DNA of 63,552 nucleotides from a virus. Lineage: Duplodnaviria; Caudoviricetes. Made by a program: the position numbers and the translations under genes. This document shows, in pieces, positions 56,549-63,552 of this stretch; the first letter of the stretch is position 1; the number at the start of each line of letters is the position of its first letter. The stretch covers positions 1 to 63,552 of the IMG/VR virus record IMGVR_UViG_3300022744_000006. One strand, 5' to 3'. A model generated the notes under the pieces. The model searched no databases and was not told where the DNA came from. It saw only the letters and a program-made list of their open reading frames with translations.

Positions 56549-56755
56549 CTACTCGTTGCAGGCAATGGCGGCGTTGGCCGTCATTACGCACTCGCGGAGC
56601 TTCCGGAATGCGGCGGTCCTGTCAGCGCTCGCTGGGACGCACTTTTCGATCGCGCGCGCCAAGATCTTCGCAGTGCTGCGAATCTCTTCGTAGCGCTGAG
56701 CCTGTCCTTCCTTTGGCGGGTGATAGGAAAACCAGTTGTCGATTTCATCGATCAT
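56549..56755 (-). CDS. Acb2/Tad1-like helical-hairpin protein (candidate cyclic-nucleotide sponge)
   Basis: FSYHPPKEGQ..RYEEIR...P.S.DR..AFRKLRECVMTANAAIA. Confidence 0.7.
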   Translation of the reverse strand: MIDEIDNWFSYHPPKEGQAQRYEEIRSTAKILARAIEKCVPASADRTAAFRKLRECVMTANAAIACNE

Positions 56756-56871
56756 CTTGTCCTTCTTTCTTCGGTTCCGGTATCGGCGGCGGCGGCTCCC
56801 CGGTGTCGTCCCAAAGCGACAGGCCGCGCTGCACTTCGCTCATAGCCGCCATGAAACGGTGGACGGCGTCG

Positions 56872-57213
56872 TCAACGCGGCAGGCTTTGGTCAACGTGTT
56901 CCGGGTCGTCTGGGATGTCCCCTGTACCCAGATCACCGGGGGCTCGGTCTGGAACCGCCACACTACCCTCGCGCGCTCTCTTGGCATTCTCGCGAGCTAC
57001 CACCATTCGCTCCACTTTTCGAGCGGTGATACGTCTCTTGGCATCCTCAGCGCGCCGCTCGTGCCGGTTCATGCGTCGCACGCCCCGGAGCTGCTCCGTC
57101 ACCGCATTGGGCTCTGGCTGCCAGTGGCAGCGCGGGCAGGCTATCGGCGGGATCAGGCTCCGGTCCTTGAATCCGCACTGACTACACACCCGCATCACCC
57201 GGTTAGCGTCCAT
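56872..57213 (-). CDS. Zn-finger hypothetical protein
   Basis: GAGGT RBS; CSQC...CPRC; MNRHERR. Confidence 0.5.
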   Translation of the reverse strand: MDANRVMRVCSQCGFKDRSLIPPIACPRCHWQPEPNAVTEQLRGVRRMNRHERRAEDAKRRITARKVERMVVARENAKRAREGSVAVPDRAPGDLGTGDIPDDPEHVDQSLPR

Positions 57214-57215
57214 GT

Positions 57216-57668
57216 CTACCTCGCGGCGGCCATGATGAGCTCTGCTACCCCAAGCCCAAGAGCGACCCCTACCGCTGTCCAGAGAATGGGAGATCGGTAC
57301 CACGAATCGCGCTCGTGAGCGAACCTATCCGCCCGGCTCTCCGAGACGACCAGGGCTTGGCTTACCTTGTCGAGCTCCAGCCGCTGCGACTCAACGATAG
57401 CGCGCTGGGTGCCAAGCTCCCGGTCGTAGATGGCATCGATCTCGGCGTGCTTGGCCAGTTGGGCCTGAAGCTCGGGCACCAGAAGCCACGCGCGGCGGAG
57501 CTCGTTCGCTTTGGCCTCGGAGAACCACAGTCCGCGCCGCTCGCGGAAGTAGAAGACCACGCACGGCGTGTCCAATGTCGCGTCGGTGACCAACTTGCAG
57601 GTGTCCTCGGCCCGCGCGGGCAACGCGCTAGAGACCAGCATCAGAAAACAGACGAGCAACTTCAGCAT
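57216..57668 (-). CDS. exported protein with C-terminal TM (spanin-like component?)
   Basis: Signal peptide, coiled coil, SWYRSPILW + TM; AGGAG RBS. Confidence 0.6.
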   Translation of the reverse strand: MLKLLVCFLMLVSSALPARAEDTCKLVTDATLDTPCVVFYFRERRGLWFSEAKANELRRAWLLVPELQAQLAKHAEIDAIYDRELGTQRAIVESQRLELDKVSQALVVSESRADRFAHERDSWYRSPILWTAVGVALGLGVAELIMAAAR

Positions 57669-57966
57669 CAGACAACTCCTCGCTACCCTTCCCCGTCACG
57701 ATCTCCACAGCGGCCCGCTCGTGCTGCGCCAACTCCGCCTTTGCGAAGGCAAGCTGGGCCACGTTCACGTTGGACTCCCCCTTGAGCCGCTCCACTTCCA
57801 TTCGATGCGTGAAGGCATCCTGTCGAAGCTTCTGGACACGCAGCGCATCGCGGAGATTGGACACCTCGTTCTTGCGCGACAACCAGAGCGCAACTGCGCT
57901 CACGATCGCTCCGAGCGTCAGAAGTAGGAACGATGGAAGGGAGAAGATCTTTCTGAGCACGCTCAC
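57628..57966 (-). CDS. N-terminally anchored coiled-coil protein (i-spanin-like?)
   Basis: TM segment then coiled coil; overlaps the next gene. Confidence 0.55.
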   Translation of the reverse strand: MSVLRKIFSLPSFLLLTLGAIVSAVALWLSRKNEVSNLRDALRVQKLRQDAFTHRMEVERLKGESNVNVAQLAFAKAELAQHERAAVEIVTGKGSEELSDAEVARLFSDAGL

Positions 57967-58433
57967 GCTGGAACCTCCTGCAACGACTCGAGCATCCTAC
58001 GCTCCATCGCCTGGACGCGAGCGCAAAACGCCCCGGCGTCGTCATTGTTCGCCGAGTCGACATCCAGCCGGCCGACCAGGACCAGGCTCTCCGGGCCCGC
58101 GGTGTGCAGGAACATCTGACACGTAATCGACTGGTTCAAGCCGTCCCGCCCTTCCAACTTCCAGCGCGTGGCGAACACTCGAGGGTGGCCCGGTGCCGGC
58201 TTCTTGGTCGCGCCGAAGTGCTCAGTAGTCTGCTTGCTCATGGGTACCTGTGCATGGGGTGATGTGGCCGACTGTGCCCGCACTCCGGGCAGTGCTTCTC
58301 GGGCTTGCACTTCGGCGCGGCGGCGCGCCACAAAGCAGTCAGGGCCAGCGTTATCGCCGACCCTGATACCATTCCCCACAGGAATGTCCAAACCCACTCT
58401 GGGACGTAGACGTACACGACGGGGGATTGTCAC
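57963..58433 (-). CDS. hypothetical protein
   Basis: GTGA overlaps at both ends. Confidence 0.5.
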   Translation of the reverse strand: MTIPRRVRLRPRVGLDIPVGNGIRVGDNAGPDCFVARRRAEVQAREALPGVRAQSATSPHAQVPMSKQTTEHFGATKKPAPGHPRVFATRWKLEGRDGLNQSITCQMFLHTAGPESLVLVGRLDVDSANNDDAGAFCARVQAMERRMLESLQEVPA

Positions 58434-58825
58434 CCCACCGGCGGCTCGGCGTCCAGGGTCTTTTCAATCCTGCAGCTCATGCACTCGCACCCATCCTCAT
58501 GCACCGGAAAGCGGGTCGCCAACATCCCCCTGATCGTGTCCAGGCGGTAGGTGGCGTACCGCAGAGACTCGTGCATGTCCCGCGCGCGCTGCTCCGCGGC
58601 CACTGCTGCCCGGAAATGCCTCTCTCGGTCCATGATGACCTTGGTGAGCTCGACCCCCATGTCGTCTCTATCTGATTCTGCCTTTCGACGAAGCACGTCA
58701 GCCCGCGCCAGCGCCGCAGAGTTCATCTGCCCGTCAATCAAGTCTTTCAGCCAAGCCACGACCACCTTCTTTCCGCGAACCACCATCTTACCGGATGGGC
58801 CGTTGCCCTTTGGCACTTCGGGCAC
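58430..58825 (-). CDS. hypothetical protein
   Basis: Coiled coil; HEDGCECMSC. Confidence 0.55.
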   Translation of the reverse strand: MPEVPKGNGPSGKMVVRGKKVVVAWLKDLIDGQMNSAALARADVLRRKAESDRDDMGVELTKVIMDRERHFRAAVAAEQRARDMHESLRYATYRLDTIRGMLATRFPVHEDGCECMSCRIEKTLDAEPPVG

Positions 58826-58925
58826 CTATCCGGCGATCTCGCGTGGTTCAATACCACGGTCCTGCCAGAGCGAATGAAGCACCACGCGCACTTCACATAC
58901 GGAAGATCGATGTGAAGTCTCTTTG

Positions 58926-59816
58926 TCACGTTGTCTTCCGCAACGTCTCCCACTTGTCAAATACCTTTTTCACTTCTGTTTGAAACTCTTGGGCAAGCTG
59001 ATTGTGAATCTGAGCTATCTGCGCCTCTACGCTCAAAAGTCGGAACCTAGACACCTTTTCCAGCTCTTCGTCCTTGTCCTTCAGACAACCCTTTAGCCAG
59101 TCAACCTCGGAGACGTATGTGGACTCCGCGTTGTCTCGCGCCTCGCGAAGCTGATCGTTCGTCTCTTTTTGAAGCTTGAGCTCTGCCTCCTGCGCGACGA
59201 GTGCGACTCTGAGTCTGTCTATCTCAATCTGCCGACTCTTGTCGATTTCGCCGGTGTCGTGTTTGTGGCTAGATTTGGTAGCAACCTCCTCAACGAGTTT
59301 ATCGGAAAGCTCGTTGAGCACTCTCTTCATGGCGTTTGGCCACGGGATCAGTCCGACACCATCCCGGACCTTCCGGGAAACCTCTTCAAGCCTATTGTAG
59401 TGAAGCTCCCGCTCTTCCTCGGCGTTGATGCGCTCTAGGGCCAGCGCGTCCTTCAGCCGAGTGATCTCTTCCTTCAGCTGCACGATGGTCTTGTTCAGGC
59501 CATCTACCTCATAACGGAGCTCGCGGTTCTTGACGGTCTCCATGTTCAAAATCTGCAGCGTTTTCTGGATGTCGATCGGGTTCATGTCGTAACGACCTTC
59601 TTCGATCGCCTTTGATGTTTTGAACCTGGTGGCGCGCCCAAGATCCAGCGCCTGAAGAGCGTTTTCACGTATCGTACGCAGCTGTCCAAGCAGTTCCTCG
59701 CGCGGCGGGAACACGAAGTCCGTCTGATTTATCAGCGTGGCGAGTGCGCCGACCACCTCTTGGATTTTGACGTTGGTCTTGACGGAGTTGTCGTAAATCG
59801 AATCTAGATTTTTCAT
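58926..59816 (-). CDS. coiled-coil protein
   Basis: ATGA overlap; extensive heptad pattern. Confidence 0.7.
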   Translation of the reverse strand: MKNLDSIYDNSVKTNVKIQEVVGALATLINQTDFVFPPREELLGQLRTIRENALQALDLGRATRFKTSKAIEEGRYDMNPIDIQKTLQILNMETVKNRELRYEVDGLNKTIVQLKEEITRLKDALALERINAEEERELHYNRLEEVSRKVRDGVGLIPWPNAMKRVLNELSDKLVEEVATKSSHKHDTGEIDKSRQIEIDRLRVALVAQEAELKLQKETNDQLREARDNAESTYVSEVDWLKGCLKDKDEELEKVSRFRLLSVEAQIAQIHNQLAQEFQTEVKKVFDKWETLRKTT

Positions 59817-60313
59817 TTTTTCACCGGGGAGAGCCATGCCGTGTTGGGGTCGGCAGGGAACCTGTGATCGGGGTAGATGGTGTACAAGTCTGGGGAAAGA
59901 ATGATGTCGCGCAGCGTTCCTCTGGACATTATCCAGTTGAACCGGCGGGTCGAAAGCACGCGTTCACAGGTTGCTTCGGGGTATCTAGGTCCGATAGCGA
60001 CGATGTACCTTGCCACGTCTGCTTCCGTTCTGAACACATACACTCCGTCCTCTGGAAGCGTGGCGCCTGGAATCCGCATGATGAAGCCACGGTAGAGGAT
60101 GAGCTCGTTGGGGAAGTCTGCGGAGCACCATTCGCAGCTGTAGACGAACAGTCCTAGCGACATGGTTCTGTGGCACGTCTTGCACTGGTCAACACGAAGC
60201 CGTTGGGTTCGTACCGGCGCTTCTTCGGGCCCGCCCTTCATGATCCCAGGCCGATGCTGGCCGTTCCAACGCAATGGACGGTTCGAGGCTGCTCTTGCTT
60301 TTGCCCAGATCAT
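59813..60313 (-). CDS. Zn-ribbon hypothetical protein (paralog of 48950..49357)
   Basis: CKTC..M.L...Y.CEWC; LSTRRFNW...G. Confidence 0.65.
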   Translation of the reverse strand: MIWAKARAASNRPLRWNGQHRPGIMKGGPEEAPVRTQRLRVDQCKTCHRTMSLGLFVYSCEWCSADFPNELILYRGFIMRIPGATLPEDGVYVFRTEADVARYIVAIGPRYPEATCERVLSTRRFNWIMSRGTLRDIILSPDLYTIYPDHRFPADPNTAWLSPVKK

Positions 60314-60687
60314 GACGCGCCTCTCATTTTTGAGAAGACTTCCATGACGTCAAAGCTTCCGGTCTCGGTTTGGGCAACCCAGTAAGTTTTGGACCCGTCT
60401 TCTGACTTGAGGCGGATGACGGCCGTTCCGGTTTTGAACAACTGCCTTGCCCTTCGGTATGCCCTAATCGCTTGGCATGACGCCGCGATGGTGGCACCTT
60501 CCCAGTTTCGAGCGGATACTTTCAGCGCGAAGGTGTCTCTCTCGTCTCCGCTGCCGTCAACGGAGAATGAGACTTCCGCTTCGAAATCCCGAATGTCTGC
60601 GTGGCGGAGCCGGCAGTCAGGGGTGTGGGTTGTTTTCAGCCCGCATGCTTCGCATGAGGCTACCTCTGAGGCTTTTCGCGTGTCCAT
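60310..60687 (-). CDS. hypothetical protein
   Basis: CEAC..HTPDC; coupled to the next gene. Confidence 0.6.
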   Translation of the reverse strand: MDTRKASEVASCEACGLKTTHTPDCRLRHADIRDFEAEVSFSVDGSGDERDTFALKVSARNWEGATIAASCQAIRAYRRARQLFKTGTAVIRLKSEDGSKTYWVAQTETGSFDVMEVFSKMRGAS

Positions 60688-60904
60688 GGTGCTGATGTAA
60701 TCTCATTCCGAGCGCGGTCAAGCAAATCGAAGCGCATTGCCAAAAACACGAGCATTCTGTAGCGTTTGGCATGACCAAAAGAGGCCATAGAAGCTTTTGG
60801 AATGCGTTTTTCTGCGCGCTGTTACTCGCGCTAGTGCTCGTGTTGCCGTTTTTGCTTCCATTTCCACATGGACAGCTGCCGCCAATCGGACCACCGTAGG
60901 CGGC

Positions 60905-61147
60905 ATGGGAAAGCCAATCACCAAAACCGACTGCAGCGGATGCATTGACGACTTCTACAACACGGAAGGGTCGAGGTTCTCCCCGGATGGCAAGTGCTGG
61001 AGCTTCGACGGGGCCACGATGGGGCCGGTGAAGTTCGTTCCGCTGGACATGCGGCCGCCATGGGACGGGCTTCCGTTGGAGGTAGCTCCGAACTGCTACC
61101 GAAAGAAAGGATCTGTTGCGCTTCGAAAGAAGGACTCGGGAAAATGA
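60905..61147 (+). CDS. small Cys-containing hypothetical protein
   Basis: CSGC.DDFYN...CWS...CY. Confidence 0.6.
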   Translation: MGKPITKTDCSGCIDDFYNTEGSRFSPDGKCWSFDGATMGPVKFVPLDMRPPWDGLPLEVAPNCYRKKGSVALRKKDSGK

Positions 61148-61374
61148 GGCTGCTCACACTGCAAAGCACACGGCTCGTGACGGATCAGGGGCCGCACGCT
61201 AACTACGCCAGCCCAGGCGTGCGCAACATGTACGGCTGCCTGCCGTGTCACCGGTGTGGAGGCGGGGAGCGTATGGCGTACAGCCACAAGCTGCCCACTG
61301 GGCGCAGCAACGTGATACGATGCTACGAATGCGGTCACGTGCAGAAAGCGGTGTTCAGATGGGCAAACCCATGA
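61144..61374 (+). CDS. small Zn-ribbon protein
   Basis: ATGA overlap; CHRC...CYEC. Confidence 0.55.
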   Translation: MRLLTLQSTRLVTDQGPHANYASPGVRNMYGCLPCHRCGGGERMAYSHKLPTGRSNVIRCYECGHVQKAVFRWANP

Positions 61375-61637
61375 TGAGCATCGGCAAGCTTCGGCGCGAG
61401 CTCCCGCTCTGGAGTTGGACGTTCAAGCGGGGCGGGCCCGAAGTCTATATGTACACCGGGACCAAGGGTGATCGGAGCGTCGAGATCTTTTCGCGCTCAC
61501 ACGTCGGAGAGTTCGAGGACCATTGCTATGTGACGTGGTACGCGGACGAGAAGAACTTGCCCGTTGTCACGTTCTGCTGCTGGTTATTCAACGAGCTCGG
61601 GGAGGATCAGAAGCGGGAGCAGGAGATCGGGGTGTAG
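61371..61637 (+). CDS. hypothetical protein
   Basis: ATGA overlap. Confidence 0.55.
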   Translation: MMSIGKLRRELPLWSWTFKRGGPEVYMYTGTKGDRSVEIFSRSHVGEFEDHCYVTWYADEKNLPVVTFCCWLFNELGEDQKREQEIGV

Positions 61638-62110
61638 CAGGCGCAGATGAAGGCCCACGCTTCGTACGGGTCCCAGGAGTGCACCTCGAACTTCACCTCG
61701 GCGCCCTCGGTCTCTTCGTTGTAGATGCCGTAGAGCTCGTACCGAACGGAGCTGTCCCCGGCGAAGCACGTCATCTCGTCCAGGGTGATTCCGTAGCAGT
61801 GCACGTTGTGCTCGCGCTTGGTCCACTCGAAGTAGCGCTCGGCGCTGTCGAGCAGGGTCTGGGTCTGGCAAACGGACAGCTCTTCGGAGTGCCGGCCGGC
61901 GACGAACGACGGCGGCGGGAACGTGTACTCGGGGTCATCGACGCGCCCGGCGCAGCCCGAGAGAGCGAGCGCGAACAGGATCGTTGCGTTGGCCGCAAAG
62001 AGGAACCAGAACCACGGCTTTGGCCACCGGTAAACCGCCAGGGCGGAGGAGAGTCCGATGAAGACCCCGAAGATGGTTGCGGCTGTGTGGTGTTCCATGG
62101 CTTTCGTCAT
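61607..62110 (-). CDS. membrane or lipoprotein
   Basis: TM segments, LSGC lipobox-like motif; ATGA overlap. Confidence 0.6.
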   Translation of the reverse strand: MTKAMEHHTAATIFGVFIGLSSALAVYRWPKPWFWFLFAANATILFALALSGCAGRVDDPEYTFPPPSFVAGRHSEELSVCQTQTLLDSAERYFEWTKREHNVHCYGITLDEMTCFAGDSSVRYELYGIYNEETEGAEVKFEVHSWDPYEAWAFICACYTPISCSRF

Positions 62111-62358
62111 ACCTCGCTGATTGGCCCCACCTTGGGGCATGAGAGTCGGTCGAGCTTGTGATGTGTCTCACGAAGCCTTGGATCGTGCTCCGTGAGGTAG
62201 TACATGGCCACGATGTGCTCCTTGCCGAAGCCGGCGAACCGCCCCTTTGGAGAGCGGAACCGGCGGAACCGCTTCACGCGCTCGCGCTTGGCCTTGGGCC
62301 CAGGCGCCAGCCCTTCCCGCTCCCTCAGCAGCCGCTCCAATCCATCCATTCTGCTCAT
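62107..62358 (-). CDS. basic hypothetical protein
   Basis: AGGA RBS. Confidence 0.5.
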   Translation of the reverse strand: MSRMDGLERLLREREGLAPGPKAKRERVKRFRRFRSPKGRFAGFGKEHIVAMYYLTEHDPRLRETHHKLDRLSCPKVGPISEV

Positions 62359-62937
62359 ATCATCCTAACCTGGTGGTATCTTTACAAAGAGTCGAGTCGC
62401 GTGTTAGAGTTACTGGGTTGAGAGAGAACGTCGAGGCGGTCTGGAGCCTTCTGAGGCGGAAGACGGCGGAGTAAGGTCCTCGGCACACCTGCAAGCGACC
62501 AGCTGTCCATGCTTCCCCCCGAGTCGCGCAGCGCGAGGGGGTGACACTGAAACTCGAGTATGGAAGAGCCTCATACCTGCGTCTCTGAGAAGAGAGGAAG
62601 AGGCTAACGAAAGAGTAAGCCCGAAGGGCTTTCTGCTGTCTTGGTCCTCATCCTTTCTTCCGCTGCTCATAGCGAAGCAGAAAGTGACCCATCCAGAGGT
62701 AAATGAAAAGGGCCCTGGAAACCAGGACCCCTCTCGCGACGATTGGCAGCGTCGTTGGCGGATCCGTACGTGATTCTGGAGTCCCGTGTCAATGGGGCCC
62801 CCTTTTTCGGGAAACCCGAGTTGGAAATCTAGCGTAGAGCCAACCCTTTGAAGTTTGGGTAGAAGAAAGTCGTGTAGACCCCTGGCCAGGGCTTCGAGCT
62901 CGATGCCCCCGTCGGAAACCAGTGGGTGGGCGGGGTA

Positions 62938-63456
62938 TCACTCTCTCGGGGGTAGAACGCCCATGGTCTTGTCAATCATTGGATTGTCAGTCGTTGTTGT
63001 TTGACTGACGTTGCAGCCATCGGCTTCAGCAGCCATTGGCGGCGGCGTTGTTGGCATGTCGACGACCTTGCCCTTGCTCAATCTCTTCGCAAGCACACGT
63101 CGAAAAGCCTCGCTCTGTACCTTCGCAGAGATGGAGCCGCCCTTAGCTGCATCCTTGTTCTTCGGCACAATCGCGTTAGCACGCTCAAGTACTGACAGTG
63201 CAGCAGACAGTTGGACCTTCAGAACTAACGCCTCACCTGACTCTGCACCTAACGCACTATGACTAAGGATATTACGTAAGGTATTACCAGCCGCTTCTAT
63301 CGACTTAATAATCTCCCTCTCAGCCAGCATGCTTGGCGTGACCAAGTCTTCCCCCCTAACCATCCGATTCTCTTCCAGTTTTGTCTGAAGGTCGGCCGTT
63401 CCTCCGTCTCCCTCATTAATGATGGCGTTCCCGGGGTCATCGTCATGCGAAATCAT
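62938..63456 (-). CDS. candidate terminase small subunit
   Basis: AAGNTLRNIL...VQLSAALSVLERA helical pattern seen in some small terminases; GAGGG RBS; weak. Confidence 0.35.
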   Translation of the reverse strand: MISHDDDPGNAIINEGDGGTADLQTKLEENRMVRGEDLVTPSMLAEREIIKSIEAAGNTLRNILSHSALGAESGEALVLKVQLSAALSVLERANAIVPKNKDAAKGGSISAKVQSEAFRRVLAKRLSKGKVVDMPTTPPPMAAEADGCNVSQTTTTDNPMIDKTMGVLPPRE

Positions 63457-63552
63457 TGAGCTTTCCCTCACCTTTCGCAGAGCATAATCGACCACCGTAA
63501 ACAATTTTCTTTTTAAACCTGTTGACAACGCCGCAAATAGCGCCTAGGTTCT

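Noticed and set aside
62580-62660. Hammerhead ribozyme (GATGAG...GAAA-stem on the minus strand)
   Set aside because: There is no CUGANGA core and no stem II.
1-63552. Integrase, reverse transcriptase/DGR, cas genes or stop-codon recoding
   Set aside because: I found no matching motifs in the ORF track; genes are intact under the standard code and the tRNA anticodon is CCA, not a suppressor.

Overview
The window is a complete, circularly permuted genome of a GC-rich tailed dsDNA phage. The first 127 nt are repeated exactly at 63426-63552, giving a unit length of about 63,425 bp. The layout is podovirus-like: large terminase, portal, scaffold, major capsid protein, adaptor, nozzle-like protein, large probable ejection proteins and tail fibres, with no tape measure, integrase or DNA polymerase that I can recognise. 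Replication and recombination genes are an initiator, DnaB helicase, ERF-type annealing protein, Gp157/Gam-like protein and SSB. Accessory genes include DUF932, a Gp88-like protein, a Dam-type methyltransferase, tRNA-Trp, a MazG-like protein and an Acb2/Tad1-like cyclic-nucleotide sponge candidate. Four features stand out. (1) A phage Ro60 (TROVE+vWA) locus has a long G-U-rich leader hairpin and is followed by a promoter and two tandem Y-like RNAs sharing a GGAAGA...CACAGUCC terminal-stem motif; the second carries a circularly permuted tRNA-like (YrlA-type) domain with a degenerate elbow. (2) An invariant 14-nt hairpin, TCTC-ATCCCG-GAGA, with covarying outer stems sits 9-15 nt upstream of the likely start of five late genes. 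(3) A metacaspase is translationally coupled to the endolysin. (4) An accessory protein appears to be a chimera of tail-protein and capsid N-terminal segments. All assignments come from motifs read by eye, with no database searches, and the host is not determined.
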